Assembly: GCA_050298555.1 (NCBI GenBank)
Contig: JBNKUL010000057.1
Span: 4,229-68,228, forward strand
Origin: Thiohalomonadaceae bacterium
GTDB lineage: Bacteria > Pseudomonadota > Gammaproteobacteria > Thiohalomonadales > Thiohalomonadaceae
DNA length: 64,000 nt
Direction of reading: 5' to 3'
In this document: piece by piece, positions 42,389-54,501 of the stretch
Numbering within the stretch: position 1 is the first letter of the stretch
Layout: every line of letters begins with the position of its first letter
Position numbers and translations under genes: made by a program
The notes under the pieces: generated by a model
The model's input: only the letters and a program-made list of their open reading frames with translations
What the model was told of the DNA's origin: nothing
The model's database searches: none

Positions 42389-43747
42389 TTACTTCTCCCC
42401 CCCGGCGCAGAGCGCCTCGACCACGCGTTCCATGCGACTGCTGCGTGATCCCTTCACCAGTACGGTTACATCACTCTTCATCTCGGGAAGCAGTGCCTCA
42501 ATCAGTTGTTGTTGTTGTGCGAAGAAGTGGCCCTGCTCGCCGAAGGCCTCGGCGGCAGCGTGGCTCAGCTCGCCACAGGCGTAGAGGCGGTCGATACCGG
42601 CATCGCGTGCCGCATCGCCCACCTGACGGTGCAACTCAGCGGCCTCCCCGCCCAGCTCGCCCATATCGCCCAGGGCGAGGTAGCGCTGGCCACGGCACTC
42701 GGCGAGCACCTTGATCCCAGCACCCATCGAGGCGGGGTTGGCGTTATAGCTGTCGTCCAGCACGGTGGCACCGTTAATGCCGCGGCGTGCCTGCAGCCGA
42801 CCGCCGACCGCCTGCATCGACTCCAGCCCCCGCACGATCTGCTCGTTATCGATATTGAGCGCGGTGGTCGCGGCGATCGCCGCCAGGGCGTTCATCACGT
42901 TGTGGCGCCCCGGCAGCGCAAGGTCGATCTGCAGCTCAGCCACCGGCGTCGTCACCTCCAGGCGACTGCCGAATACATCGCCCTGCCAGCGGGCAGTGAC
43001 GTCGGCCTTCTGCTCCAGGCCGAAGGTGATCACCTGATGCCCAGCGCTCAGCTCGCGCCACAGCGGGGCGAAGCTGTCGTCGGCATTGATAATCGCGACA
43101 CCGTTCTGTGCCAGCCCCTCGAAGATCTCCCCCTTGGCCCGGGCTACCCCCTCCAGCGAGCCGAAGCCCTCGAGGTGGGCGGCGGCAGCATTATTGAGGA
43201 TCGCCACCTGCGGGCGGGTGGTAGCGGTGAGGTAACTGATCTCGCCGGGGTGGTTGGCACCCATCTCGATCACACCGAACTGGTGGCCCCGCTCCAGCCG
43301 CAGCAGGGTCAGCGGCACACCGATGTCATTGTTAAGGTTGCCGCGGGTCGCCAGGGTGGTACCGGCCTGGGAGAGGATCGCCGCGCACATCTCCTTCACC
43401 GTGGTCTTGCCGTTGGAGCCGGTGACCGCCAGCAGCGGCGTGCCCAGCTCATTGCGCCAGGCGTGGGCCAGTTGACCGAGGGCGAGGCGAGTGTCGTCGA
43501 CGATGAGCTGCGGAATCACGCAGTCGACCGGGTGCTCCACCAGGGCGGCCACGGCGCCCGCCTCGGCGGCGGCAGCCACGTGTTGATGGCCGTCGTGATT
43601 GGGACCGCGCAGGGCGATAAAGAGGCTGCCGGAGTCGACCTGGCGCGAGTCGCTGCAGACACCGTTAATGGCGATGTCCTGGCCGATCATGCGCCCCGCC
43701 AGCCAGCGGGCGGCGGTGGAGAGCATGGTGGCGATCCCCTCAGCCAT
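42389..43747 (-). CDS. murF: UDP-N-acetylmuramoyl-tripeptide--D-alanyl-D-alanine ligase
   Basis: [17 protein letters not shown] and [12 protein letters not shown]. Start is uncertain (43747 is preferred; the ORF track gives 43762). Confidence 0.92.
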   Translation of the reverse strand: MAEGIATMLSTAARWLAGRMIGQDIAINGVCSDSRQVDSGSLFIALRGPNHDGHQHVAAAAEAGAVAALVEHPVDCVIPQLIVDDTRLALGQLAHAWRNELGTPLLAVTGSNGKTTVKEMCAAILSQAGTTLATRGNLNNDIGVPLTLLRLERGHQFGVIEMGANHPGEISYLTATTRPQVAILNNAAAAHLEGFGSLEGVARAKGEIFEGLAQNGVAIINADDSFAPLWRELSAGHQVITFGLEQKADVTARWQGDVFGSRLEVTTPVAELQIDLALPGRHNVMNALAAIAATTALNIDNEQIVRGLESMQAVGGRLQARRGINGATVLDDSYNANPASMGAGIKVLAECRGQRYLALGDMGELGGEAAELHRQVGDAARDAGIDRLYACGELSHAAAEAFGEQGHFFAQQQQLIEALLPEMKSDVTVLVKGSRSSRMERVVEALCAGGEK

Positions 43748-45251
43748 GGGCCACCTCCCCAAGCAGTCGGGCTACCGTCTCGCGGTCGCTATAGGGGACG
43801 CGCTCATGGCCAATCACCTGCTCACGCTCGTGGCCCTTACCGGCCACCAGGATCACGTCATTCAACGAGGCCAGGGCGAGGGTGCGCTCGATGGCCGCGG
43901 CACGGTCGCGGTTGATGTAGACCGCGTCGGGGTTGAGCATCTCGCTGGTGATGTCTTCGATGATGTTGATGGCATTCTCGCGGCGCGGGTTATCGTCGGT
44001 GACGATGACGCTATCGGCGTACTGCTCGGCGATGCAGCCCATCAGCGGGCGCTTCTCGGTATCGCGCTCACCGCCGCAGCCGAAGATGCACCAGAGGCGC
44101 CCTTTGGTGTGCTCACGCAGCGCCTTCAATACCTGCTCCAGGGCATCTGGGGTGTGGGCAAAATCGACCACGACCATGGGGTGATTCGTGCCGCCGAAAC
44201 GCTCCATGCGCCCCGGCACCGTGGTGACGCCGTTAATGCGCGCCAGGGCATCGTCAAATTCGAGCCCCTGCAGCAGCAGCGCACCCAGCGCCGCCAACAG
44301 ATTGGAGGCGTTGAAGCGGCCCAGCAGCGGGCTATCGACCCGCCCCTCGCCCCAGCGGCTCTGTACCTCGAAGCTAAGGCCGCCGCTGTTCAGCTTCAGG
44401 CCATCACCGCCGATGTCGGGCTGGCGGGCGCTATCCAGGCCGTAGCTCACCATCTCCACCCCTTTCGGCGGATTGGCCAGCCACTCGCGGCCCACCTCAT
44501 CGTCGCTGTTGATGAGTGCGTAGCTCAGGCCCGGCATCTCCAGCAGGCGGCGCTTGGCACCGGCGTAGCTGAGCATGTCGCCGTGGTAATCGAGGTGTTC
44601 GTGGCTGAGGTTGGTGAAGATCGCCGTATCGAAGGCGATGGCGTTGACCCGCCCCTGGTCCAGGGCGTGGGAGGAGACCTCCATCACCACCGCGCGCGCC
44701 CCTTCACCGCTCATCTTTGCCAGTTCCGCCTGCATCACCACCGCATCGGGGGTGGTGTGGCCGGTATCGTGCAGCTTGCCGTAGAGGCCGCTGCCCAGGG
44801 TGCCGACCAGGCCGCAGGGGACGGTGCTGTTGAGCGCCTGGGCAACGAACTGGCTTACCGAGGTCTTGCCGTTGGTGCCGGTGATGCCGGTGGTCTGCAT
44901 CTTGTGCGAGGGGTGGCCGTAGAAGCGCCCGGCCAGTTCGCTGACCAGGGTGTGCAGCCGCTCCACCGGGAACACCGGTATCGCGTATTGCTCGTAATCG
45001 AAGCCCTCGGTCTCGTCGGCGGGCTCCAGCGCGACGGCGCGAGCCCCGTTTTCAATCGCCTGCTCGATGAAGCGCACACCGTGGCGCACGGTGCCGGCGC
45101 AGGCGAGGAACAGCCAGCCGTCGTGCATGTCGCGGCTATCCAGGCTAAGGCCCTCGATATCCAGCTCGGGCAGCAGCTGGATATCGGTCAGCCCGGCGAA
45201 CAACTGCTGCAGGCCGATGCCACTACCGTTATGGTTCAGCGCCACGTTCAT
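43740..45251 (-). CDS. murE: UDP-N-acetylmuramoyl-L-alanyl-D-glutamate--2,6-diaminopimelate ligase
   Basis: ITGTNGKTSV and the DNPR motif (VTDDNPRRE). Confidence 0.95.
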   Translation of the reverse strand: MNVALNHNGSGIGLQQLFAGLTDIQLLPELDIEGLSLDSRDMHDGWLFLACAGTVRHGVRFIEQAIENGARAVALEPADETEGFDYEQYAIPVFPVERLHTLVSELAGRFYGHPSHKMQTTGITGTNGKTSVSQFVAQALNSTVPCGLVGTLGSGLYGKLHDTGHTTPDAVVMQAELAKMSGEGARAVVMEVSSHALDQGRVNAIAFDTAIFTNLSHEHLDYHGDMLSYAGAKRRLLEMPGLSYALINSDDEVGREWLANPPKGVEMVSYGLDSARQPDIGGDGLKLNSGGLSFEVQSRWGEGRVDSPLLGRFNASNLLAALGALLLQGLEFDDALARINGVTTVPGRMERFGGTNHPMVVVDFAHTPDALEQVLKALREHTKGRLWCIFGCGGERDTEKRPLMGCIAEQYADSVIVTDDNPRRENAINIIEDITSEMLNPDAVYINRDRAAAIERTLALASLNDVILVAGKGHEREQVIGHERVPYSDRETVARLLGEVAHG

Positions 45252-46969
45252 CGCGCCCCCCCATGTAGTGCCACCTGCATCCCCTTCAGGGAGTCGAGGT
45301 CGTCGGGGGAGATATCCATCAATCGCAACGCCCCCTCCATCACACGGGAGAAGACCGGGGCGGCCACCACGCCGCCGTAGTATTCGCCGTCATCGGGGCG
45401 GTCCACCACCACCACCATCGCCAGCCGCGGGCGGCTGGCCGGGGCGAAACCGGCGAACAGGGAGAGGTAGTTGTCCTCTTCATAACCACCGCGCCCGACC
45501 CGGCGCGAGGTACCGGTCTTGCCGGCGACGCGGTAGCCGGTAATCGCGGCACGGGTACCGGTACCGCCTTTTGCCACCACCTTTTCCAGCATCGCGGTGA
45601 CCGCGTGGGAGACCTCGGGGGTGATCACCTGCTGCCCCTCGGGCACCACCCCCTCCTCCAGTTTGAGGAAGCTGGCAGGACGCAGTACCCCGCCGGCGGC
45701 CAGCGCCGCATAGGCGCGGGTCAGTTGCAGAGCGGTAACGGAGAGGCCATAGCCGTAGGAGACCGTGGCCTGCTCGGCCCGGCCCCAGTCCTGGTAGGCG
45801 TTCATCAGACCGGCCGCCTCGCCGGGGAAACCGCTGGCGGTGTCGTAACCGAAACCGAAGCGCACAAAACGGTCCCACAGCTGCTCCGGCGGCAGCGACA
45901 GGGCGATACGGCTGGCGCCGACGTTGCTCGACTTCTGGATCACGGTGGCCAGGTCTATCTTGCCGTAATTGCGGTGGTCCCGAATGGTGAAGTTGGCAAG
46001 CCTGAGGCTGCCGGGTGAGGTGTCGATCACCGTCTCGGGGCGGTATTTGCCACTCTCCAGTGCCGTGGCGATGGTAAAGGGCTTCACCGTTGAGCCGGGC
46101 TCGAACAGGTCGGTGACGGCGCGGTTGCGCAGCTTGGCGGCCGTCAGATTGCTACGGTTGTTGGGATTGAAGGAGGGCTGGTTGACCATCGCCAACACCT
46201 CACCGGTGCGCACATCCATCACCACCGCGGAACCGCCCTTGGCCTTGTGGCGCTGCACCGCGCCGAGCAGTTCGCGATAGGCGAGGTACTGGATACGGCG
46301 GTCGATGCTCAGCACCAGGTCACGACCAGGGCGCGGCTCGCGGATGCTCTCCACGTTCTCGACGATACGGCCGAGGCGGTCCTTAATCACGCGCTTGGCA
46401 CCGGGGGTACCGCGTAGCGACTCCTCCATCATCAACTCGACGCCCTCCTGCCCCGCATCGTCGATGTTGGTGAAGCCGACCACGTGGGAGGCCACCTCGC
46501 CGAGCGGGTAGTAGCGGCGATACTCGCGCTGCAGTGAAACACCGGGGATGGCCAAAGCCATCACCTGGTCACCCAGCTCGGGGGTGACCTGGCGCTTGAG
46601 GTAGACGAACTCCTTGTCCATGCGCGCCCCAAGCTTGCGCTCTAGCTGGGAGACCTTGATCTCCAGCAGCCTGGCCAGCTCGGGCCAGCGTTCGCGGGCG
46701 GTGGCGAGGTCAGAGGGGTTGGCCCACACCGACTCCACCGGGGCACTGATCGCCAGCGGCTCGCCGTGACGGTCGGTGATCACGCCGCGGTCAGCGGGGA
46801 TGGTAATGTCACGCAGGTAGCGCGCATCGCCCTGGTGCTGCAGGAACTCACGCTGGTTGATGTTGAGGTCGACCATGCGCCACAACAGGGCGACAACGCC
46901 CAGCAGCAGCATGGCGAATACAAAGCGCCGCCGCTGTGGGTAGTCGTAACTGTCGTTCTTCTTCTTCAT
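45248..46969 (-). CDS. ftsI: Peptidoglycan D,D-transpeptidase FtsI (PBP3)
   Basis: SxxK (GSTVKPF), SSN (KSSNVG) and KTG (AGKTGT) motifs. N-terminal TM. Confidence 0.96.
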   Translation of the reverse strand: MKKKNDSYDYPQRRRFVFAMLLLGVVALLWRMVDLNINQREFLQHQGDARYLRDITIPADRGVITDRHGEPLAISAPVESVWANPSDLATARERWPELARLLEIKVSQLERKLGARMDKEFVYLKRQVTPELGDQVMALAIPGVSLQREYRRYYPLGEVASHVVGFTNIDDAGQEGVELMMEESLRGTPGAKRVIKDRLGRIVENVESIREPRPGRDLVLSIDRRIQYLAYRELLGAVQRHKAKGGSAVVMDVRTGEVLAMVNQPSFNPNNRSNLTAAKLRNRAVTDLFEPGSTVKPFTIATALESGKYRPETVIDTSPGSLRLANFTIRDHRNYGKIDLATVIQKSSNVGASRIALSLPPEQLWDRFVRFGFGYDTASGFPGEAAGLMNAYQDWGRAEQATVSYGYGLSVTALQLTRAYAALAAGGVLRPASFLKLEEGVVPEGQQVITPEVSHAVTAMLEKVVAKGGTGTRAAITGYRVAGKTGTSRRVGRGGYEEDNYLSLFAGFAPASRPRLAMVVVVDRPDDGEYYGGVVAAPVFSRVMEGALRLMDISPDDLDSLKGMQVALHGGAR

Positions 46970-47229
46970 GGTCGGATAATCACCACTGCCCCGGGGGGCG
47001 GAATCACCATATCGAGTTGTTCGTTTGCTATCTTTTCAATCCGTCCGTGGGTGGCCCAGGTGCTCTGCTCCAGCTGCAAGCGCCCCCACTGGGTGTTCAT
47101 CTCATCGCGCGACTTCTGCAGCCCCTGCAGCTCGACGAACAGGCGCCGCGCCTGATGGGTGCTGAAGACCACGCCCAGCGAGCTGGCAAACAGCGCCAGC
47201 GCCAGCAGCGCGACGAGCAGCTTGGCCAT
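46966..47229 (-). CDS. ftsL: Cell division protein FtsL
   Basis: 87-aa bitopic protein with a TM segment plus leucine-zipper-like helix. Position between rsmH and ftsI. Confidence 0.85.
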   Translation of the reverse strand: MAKLLVALLALALFASSLGVVFSTHQARRLFVELQGLQKSRDEMNTQWGRLQLEQSTWATHGRIEKIANEQLDMVIPPPGAVVIIRP

Positions 47230-48167
47230 CAGGCCACCTTCTCCGCCACCCGCAATACCGCACTGCGGGCGCGGGGGTTCTCGGTCAGTTCCGCCTTGCC
47301 CGCCTTGATCGCCTTGCCCACCGCCTTGAGACGGCGCTTGAGCTGGCTATCCAGCACCGGCAGGTCGGGCGGAAAGTCGTCGCCCCTGGCCTGCTCGCGG
47401 ATAAAACGCTTCACTCGGCGGTCTTCCAGCGAGTGGAAGCTGATAATCGCCAGGCGCCCGCCCGGTGCCAGCAGCTCCACCGCCTGCGCCAGAAAATCAT
47501 CCAGGTCACCCAGCTCGCGATTGATAAAGATACGAATCGCCTGAAAACTGCGCGTCGCCGGGTGCTTGTCGCGCTCCCACTTGGGGTTCGCCTCGGAGAC
47601 GATCTTCGACAGCTGCGCCGTGGTCGCGATAGAGCCGTGCTCCTCACAATATTTCACGATGGCCCCGGCAATACGCTTGGCAAAGCGCTCCTCGCCATAC
47701 TCCTTGAGCACCTCGGCGATCTCGCTCTGCTTCGCCGTGGCCAGCCACTCGGCGGCGCTCACCCCGCTCTCCGGGTCCATCCGCATGTCGAGCGGACCGT
47801 CCTGCATAAAACTGAAACCGCGCCCGGCATCATCGAGCTGCGGTGAGGAGACGCCGAGGTCGAGCAGGATGCCGTCCACCCTGCCGTGCCAGCCGCGCTG
47901 CTCCGCCTCCTGCGCCAGCTGGGTAAAGCTGCCGCGTACGATGGTGAAACGCTCGTCGCCACCGAAACGCTGCTCCGCGGTGGCGATTGCCTGCGGGTCC
48001 TTGTCGGTGGCCAGCAGGCGACCCTCCTCACCCAGCTGCTGCAGGATCCCCGCACTGTGGCCGCCACGACCGAAGGTGCCGTCGAGGTAGATGCCGTCGG
48101 CACGGATCTGCAGGGAGTCCAGCACCTCATCAAACAGTACCGGACGATGTTCCATCTGCTCGGTCAT
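47229..48167 (-). CDS. rsmH: 16S rRNA (cytosine1402-N4)-methyltransferase
   Basis: [20 protein letters not shown] and [10 protein letters not shown]. Confidence 0.96.
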   Translation of the reverse strand: MTEQMEHRPVLFDEVLDSLQIRADGIYLDGTFGRGGHSAGILQQLGEEGRLLATDKDPQAIATAEQRFGGDERFTIVRGSFTQLAQEAEQRGWHGRVDGILLDLGVSSPQLDDAGRGFSFMQDGPLDMRMDPESGVSAAEWLATAKQSEIAEVLKEYGEERFAKRIAGAIVKYCEEHGSIATTAQLSKIVSEANPKWERDKHPATRSFQAIRIFINRELGDLDDFLAQAVELLAPGGRLAIISFHSLEDRRVKRFIREQARGDDFPPDLPVLDSQLKRRLKAVGKAIKAGKAELTENPRARSAVLRVAEKVA

Positions 48168-48169
48168 CG

Positions 48170-48628
48170 TTACAGTGACAGGGTTTGCAGCTCGGCGGGC
48201 AGGGGCTCGTCACCCACCGTCTCTTCCGCCAACCAGTCGTCGCGGCGCTCGTTCCACACCGCGGCATCCCATAGTTCGAATTTCTTGCCCTGGCCGATCA
48301 GGACCACGTGTTTATCCAGACCGGCGTACTGGCGCAGGGGGGGCGGCAGCAGCAGTCGGCCGTTGTTGTCCATGTCGGAATCGGTGGCGTGGCCCATCAG
48401 GAGGCGCTGAACGCGGCGGGCCTGGGCGTTAAAGCTGGGCAGGGCGTCGAGCTTGCGCTCGATGTTCTCCCATTCGGGCAGGGGGTAGAGCAGCAGGCAA
48501 CGCTCATCGGTGTCGATGGTGACGACAAGACGCCCCGCGCAGCGCTCATTGAGGCGCTCGCGATAACGCGTCGGCATCGTCATACGACCCTTGGCATCGA
48601 GATTAAGCTCAGCTACTCCACGGAACAA
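48170..48628 (-). CDS. mraZ: Transcriptional regulator MraZ
   Basis: [24 protein letters not shown] and the duplicated SpoVT-AbrB-like halves. Confidence 0.95.
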   Translation of the reverse strand: MFRGVAELNLDAKGRMTMPTRYRERLNERCAGRLVVTIDTDERCLLLYPLPEWENIERKLDALPSFNAQARRVQRLLMGHATDSDMDNNGRLLLPPPLRQYAGLDKHVVLIGQGKKFELWDAAVWNERRDDWLAEETVGDEPLPAELQTLSL

Positions 48629-48660
48629 TTATTGTTACCCCCCAGTTCGGATGTCCTTTT

Positions 48661-48695
48661 CCCACATTGATCCACTTCTACCCACTTTTCCACAC
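48661..48695 (-). promoter_or_regulatory. Putative MraZ operator: four GTG(G/T)(G/A) boxes at exact 10-bp phasing
   Basis: Plus strand has cccac(48661) tccac(48671) cccac(48681) cacac(48691). Minus strand reads GTGTG-N5-GTGGG-N5-GTGGA-N5-GTGGG, 33-67 nt upstream of the mraZ ATG. This matches the GTGGG-N5 repeat operator known for E. coli MraZ. Confidence 0.55.
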
Positions 48696-48723
48696 TATAG
48701 GGAAGCAAGGCACTTTCTGTCAA
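48694..48723 (-). promoter_or_regulatory. Putative sigma70 promoter of the dcw cluster (Pmra)
   Basis: Minus strand reads TTGACA (48718-48723), an 18-nt spacer, then TATAGT (48694-48699). It lies immediately upstream of, and abuts, the MraZ boxes. Confidence 0.5.
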
Positions 48724-48913
48724 GAAAAAACAGGGGTGTAAAAGTGAAATTCTTTCTTATATGACAAGGACTTAGCGAAGGTGGTGGAAGGTGGGAGAGA
48801 GGTCTAAATTCTAACCTCCAATAGCTGTTTTTTTATCAATTTGTTGAGTTACGAAGTTAATGTAGAACTTTAAGTTCTGGGGATTGTTTTGAGGGGGGCT
48901 GTGGATAAAAAAA

Positions 48914-49264
48914 GGGGGAGCCGGCCGGTAAGCCGGGTTCTGTCGTGGACAGTCATTCATCTGCGATGCCCGTCACCGGACACCTGTAGCAACCTACCCG
49001 GGAGCAGTGCGGGCCACACCGATGCTCCCCTATTTGGTCTTGCTCCGAGTGGGGTTTACCATGCCGCGGCGTGTTACCACCCGCGCGGTGCGCTCTTACC
49101 GCACCATTTCAACCTTACCTGTGACCTCGAAAGGCCCATCGGCGGTATATTTTCTGCTGCACTTTCCGTCGGCTCGCGCCGCCCAGACGTTATCTGGCAC
49201 CCTGCCCTATGGAGCCCGGACTTTCCTCCCTACCCGAAGGTAGAGCGACTGCCTGGCCGACTCC
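48914..49264 (-). ncRNA. rnpB: RNase P RNA, bacterial type A
   Basis: Minus strand contains the universally conserved GGGAGGAAAGTCCGGGCTCCATAGGGCAGGGTGCCAGATAACGTCTGGG (about 49190-49240). The 3' region ACGACAGAACCCGGCTTACCGGCCGGCTCC pairs with the 5' GGAGTCGGCCAGG (P1) and is followed by a T-run. Same position (mraZ-rnpB-rsmI) as in pseudomonads. Ends are good to about +/-10 nt. Confidence 0.92.
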
Positions 49265-49304
49265 CGGCGGGTAAGATACCTGTTTTTGCTGAAAGTTCAA
49301 TCAG

Positions 49305-50147
49305 TTATTCACGCTCAAGGAGGAATTTATAGATCGCGTTCTTCTTCTCGCCGCTAATCTTCGCCGCCAGGGCGGCGGCCTGCTTCACCGACAGCTCCTC
49401 GGCGAGCAGCGTGGCGATGCGTTGCGTCTCCCCGTCCAGACCGGCGGACTCCTCGTCCGCCGCCCCCTCCACCAGCAGCACGAACTCGCCCTTACGCTGG
49501 TTGGCGTCCTGCGCCACCCAGGCGGCCAGCTCACCCAGGGTGGCGTGACGTATCGTCTCAAAGGTCTTGGTCAGCTCGCGGGCCAGGGTGGCGGGGCGCC
49601 CCTCGCCGAGCGTCTCCGCCATATCGGCCAGGCTCTCCTCGATGCGGTGGGGCGATTCGTAGAAGGCGAGGGTGCGCGGCTCATCCGCCAGCGCCTGCAG
49701 CGCCTTGCGCCGCGCCCCCGACTTGGCGGGGAGGAAACCCTCGAAGCAGAAGCGATCGGTGGCCAGGCCACTGGCCGAGAGGGCGGCAATCAGGGCGCTG
49801 GGGCCGGGCAGCGGTACCACCCTGATGCCGGTGCGGTGTGCCTCGCGTACCAGGAAGTAGCCGGGATCGCTGATCAGCGGGGTGCCGGCATCGGAGATCA
49901 GGGCCAGCGACTCGCCGCCCTGCAGATAGCCCAGCACCTGCTCCGCCTTGTGGCGCTCGTTGTGCTCGTGCAGGGCGAACATCGGCGTGTCGATGGCAAA
50001 GTGGCGCAGCAACGCAGCGCTGTGGCGGGTGTCCTCGGCGGCGATACGATCCACCTTCTGCAGCACCTCCAGCGCCCGCGCCGAGATATCCCCCAGGTTA
50101 CCGATAGGGGTCGCTACTATATAAAGAATGCCCGCTTCGATTGACAC
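49305..50147 (-). CDS. rsmI: 16S rRNA (cytidine1402-2'-O)-methyltransferase
   Basis: [17 protein letters not shown] and [14 protein letters not shown] prefer the GTG at 50147 (281 aa) over the ORF-track start at 50360. Confidence 0.9.
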   Translation of the reverse strand: MSIEAGILYIVATPIGNLGDISARALEVLQKVDRIAAEDTRHSAALLRHFAIDTPMFALHEHNERHKAEQVLGYLQGGESLALISDAGTPLISDPGYFLVREAHRTGIRVVPLPGPSALIAALSASGLATDRFCFEGFLPAKSGARRKALQALADEPRTLAFYESPHRIEESLADMAETLGEGRPATLARELTKTFETIRHATLGELAAWVAQDANQRKGEFVLLVEGAADEESAGLDGETQRIATLLAEELSVKQAAALAAKISGEKKNAIYKFLLERE

Positions 50148-50223
50148 GTACTCACCCCGCCCAGATACTGTGTGGTCTAATTGCCCTATGGGCCGAATAA
50201 ATAAGCATTCTACCGCACTCTTT

Positions 50224-52093
50224 ATGCAAAAGACCCTGACACTAGCTGCACTACTGCTGTTTCTACTCGCCGGATGTGCCGAGGCGCCGCAGCGCCCGCC
50301 CCAACAAGCCCCGCACAAGGACAACACCGCGATGGCGGCCGACGCGCTGCAGCGCGGCAACTACCAGCAGGCGGCACAGCTCTACGCGCAGCTGGCCGAT
50401 AGCAGCGCCCCGCCGCAGCAATACGAATACCGTTACCTCGCGGCCCTGGCGATGTTCCGCGCCGGGCTCGCGATACAGGCGAACCAGAGCCTGCAGCAGC
50501 TACCGCTGGCCCAGCTGCCGCTGGAGCTGCTGCTCAAGCGCCAGCTGCTGCAGGCGGAGATCGTGCTACGCCGCGACCCGGAGCAGGCGCTGGAATTATT
50601 GTTACAGCCGGCGGTCAACGACAGCCTGCTGCCCGAGCAGAACGCCCTCTTCGCCCGCTACCACCAGCTGCGCGGTCGCGCCTATGCCCTCATGGGCAAC
50701 CACCTGGAGACGGCACGCGAATATATCCTGCGCGAGTTCTACCTCACCGAGGAGGGGCCGATCCACTCCAATCAGGTGGCGATCTGGCAGGCGCTCTCCA
50801 TGCTCAGCGCCAACGCGCTGGTGCAGTTGCGCCTGCAGCCGCCACCCGACGCCCTGAGCGGCTGGATGGAGCTGGTGGCCATTGCCAAGGACTACAGCCT
50901 CAGCCCCAGTGAGGTGAGCCAGAAACTCGCCGACTGGCGCGCCCGCTATATCGGCCACCCGGCAAGCCAGCAGCTGCTCTCCTCCCTGCTACAGCGCAGC
51001 GTGGAGCTGGCGGAACGCCCCGCCCACATCGCCCTGCTGCTGCCCCTCTCCGGCCAGTACGCCAAGGCGGGAGAGGCGCTGCAGGACGGCATCCTCGCCG
51101 CCTACTACAACGACTCGCAGCGCGGCACCATCACCCTGCGCAGCTACGACATCGGTGGACGGGCGGAGCAGGTAACGCAACTCTACCAGCAGGCAGTGAA
51201 TGACGGCGCCGAACTGGTAATCGGCCCGCTCGACAAGGGAGCGGTCGCCACCCTGGCGGCGGCCGAGACGCTGCCGGTACCGACCCTGGCCCTCAACTAT
51301 GCCGGTCAGGCGCTTAACGACAATCTCTACCAGTTCAGTCTCGCCCCCGAGGACGAGGCACGCGAGGTGGCCGAGCGCGCCTGGATGGAGGGATACAGCC
51401 AGGCCGCGGTGCTGGTGCCCGACAACCAGTTGGGCGAACGCCTCTCCCTCGCCTTCAGCGAGCGTTGGCAGGAGCTGGGGGGCCTTGTGGTCTCCGAGAG
51501 CAGCTACCCTGACGACAAGAACGACTTCAGCACCGCGATTAAGGGCTTGCTCAACATCGACGACAGCGAGAAGCGCAAGCAGCGGCTGCGCTGGATGGTG
51601 GGCGAGAAGCTGGAGTTCATCCCACGCCGCCGTCAGGACATCGACTTCGTCTTCCTCGCCGCCAATCCGCGACAGGCGCGCCTGATCCGCCCGCAGATGA
51701 AGTTCCACCACGCCGGCGACCTGCCGCTTCTCGCCACCTCGCATCTCTACGGCGGCAAGCCCAACCGCTCGCAGGACCGCGATATGGACGACATCCTGTT
51801 CTGCGACATGCCCTGGACCCTGGGCGCCCCCAGCGCACAGCAGGAACTCAAGACTAGCCAGGCCGAAGCCTTCAAGCCCCACGTGGGCCAGCTGCAGCGC
51901 CTGCTGGCGATGGGCATCGACGCCTACCAGCTGGTGCCGCTGCTGCCGGTGCTGGAGGGCCACCCCTACGAGGAGTACCGTGGCGAGACCGGCAGCCTGC
52001 GTGTCACCGAGGGACGGCGCATCGGCCGCCGTCTGCAGTGGGCGCGCTTCAAGCGCGGTATCGCCCGCCTGGAAAAAGAGAGCGTCACGGACG

Positions 52094-52122
<29 letters not shown>
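50224..52122 (+). CDS. lpoA: Penicillin-binding protein activator LpoA
   Basis: Lipobox LLFLLAGC from the ATG at 50224. N-terminal TPR-like half and C-terminal periplasmic-binding-protein-like half. Divergent from rsmI, as in E. coli and Pseudomonas. Confidence 0.85.
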
Positions 52123-53051
<929 letters not shown>

Positions 53052-53066
53052 GCCTCCCCCGCCCGC

Positions 53067-54470
53067 TTGAGCGCCTTGTCCGACACCCAACTACCACAGC
53101 CCTTTCTCGACGCCGTCACCGCACAGTTCAGTGGTGACGAGCTGCTGAGCGCGGAGGCCGAGCGCTACGCCTACGGCTACGACAACAGCCGCCGCCAGGC
53201 CACCCCCTCGCTGGTGGTGCGCCCCTCCTCCAGCGAACAGGTGCAGCAACTGCTGAGCCTCTGTCACCAATACCAGATCCCGCTGGTCGCCCGCGGCAGC
53301 GGCACCGGCACCGCCGGCGCGGCGGTGCCGCTACAGGGGGCCGTGGCCCTCTCCACCGAGCGGCTCAACAGGATCCTCAGCATCGACCCGGACAACCGGG
53401 CGATCGTGGTCGAGCCCGGCGTCACCAACGCAGAGGTACAACAGGCCGCCGCCGAGCACGGCTTCTTCTGGCCCCCCGACCCCACCAGCAACGCCGTCTG
53501 CACCATCGGCGGCAACCTCGCCTGCAACGCCGCAGGTCCCCATGCGGTGAAGTACGGCACGCCACGCGAGAACGTACTGGGGCTGAAGGCGGTCACCGCC
53601 GACGGTCATCTTCTGAAGACCGGCAGCTATACCACCAAGGGCGTGGTGGGCTACGACCTCACCCGCCTGTTAATTGGATCAGAAGGGACGCTGGCGGTAA
53701 TCACCGAGGCGACCCTCAAGCTCACCCCGCTGCCGGAGCAGCGCATCACCCTGCGCGCCCTCTACGCCGACATCGACAGCGCGGCCCGCGCGGTCTCCGC
53801 CATCATGGCGCAACCGATCACCCCCTCGACCCTGGAGTTCATGGACGGCCAGGCGCTGACGATGATCCGCAACGCCAGGGAGACCGACCTGCCGGAGAGC
53901 GCGCAGGCGCTGCTAATGATCGAGGTCGACGGCTCCGCCGCCAGCATCGAACAGGACGCACAAAAGGTCGCCGAGGCGGCACAACGCCACGGCTGCATCG
54001 AGGTGATGGTGGCCGACACCGAAGCGAAGGTCGCCGCCCTGTGGGCCCTGCGCAAGGCCCTCTCCCCCACCCTGCGCACCGTGGCGCCGAAGAAGATCAA
54101 CGAAGACGTGGTGGTCCCCGTCTCGCGCATGCCGCAACTGATCAACGGCCTGCAGCAACTCGGCGACAAACACGCCATCACCATCGTCAACTTCGGCCAC
54201 GCCGGCAACGGCAACATCCACGTCAATCTATTGGTGAACCCCGACGACGCCGAAGAGATGGCGCGCGCCGACGCCTGCCTGGCCGAGGTGTTTGCGCTGA
54301 CATTAAAACTCGACGGCACCCTCTCCGGTGAGCATGGCATCGGCATGGTGAAGCGCGAGTATGTCTCGCTGGAGATCGACCCGGTGACGCTGGAGTTGAT
54401 GCAGAGGATTAAGCGGCAGTTTGATCCTCACGGGATCCTCAACCCCGGAAAAAAACTCCCCGGTATTTAA
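53067..54470 (+). CDS. FAD-linked oxidase (GlcD / D-lactate dehydrogenase-like)
   Basis: FAD_binding_4-type N-terminal half (PLVARGSGTGTAGAAVP, VEPGV) and C-terminal GTLSGEHGIGMVKREY. TTG start as in the ORF track, so the start is uncertain. Confidence 0.85.
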   Translation: MSALSDTQLPQPFLDAVTAQFSGDELLSAEAERYAYGYDNSRRQATPSLVVRPSSSEQVQQLLSLCHQYQIPLVARGSGTGTAGAAVPLQGAVALSTERLNRILSIDPDNRAIVVEPGVTNAEVQQAAAEHGFFWPPDPTSNAVCTIGGNLACNAAGPHAVKYGTPRENVLGLKAVTADGHLLKTGSYTTKGVVGYDLTRLLIGSEGTLAVITEATLKLTPLPEQRITLRALYADIDSAARAVSAIMAQPITPSTLEFMDGQALTMIRNARETDLPESAQALLMIEVDGSAASIEQDAQKVAEAAQRHGCIEVMVADTEAKVAALWALRKALSPTLRTVAPKKINEDVVVPVSRMPQLINGLQQLGDKHAITIVNFGHAGNGNIHVNLLVNPDDAEEMARADACLAEVFALTLKLDGTLSGEHGIGMVKREYVSLEIDPVTLELMQRIKRQFDPHGILNPGKKLPGI

Positions 54471-54501
54471 TCTTTATCGACTGGTTATACGGAGGTAACT
54501 G

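Noticed and set aside
43599-45380. 593-aa plus-strand ORF
   Set aside because: Antisense shadow of murE. The same applies to 41407-42714 and 42506-43915 (opposite mraY/murF), 38964-39995 (opposite ftsW), 31165-32364 (opposite ftsZ), 23209-24369 (opposite argJ), 57461-58771 (opposite petB), 50989-52116 (opposite lpoA) and 61806-62984 (opposite hisC).
48889-49332. 147-aa plus-strand ORF (and 49007-49243)
   Set aside because: The region is the RNase P RNA gene on the opposite strand (conserved GGAGGAAAGTCCGGGCTCCATAGGGCAGGGTGCCAG block), so it is not protein-coding.
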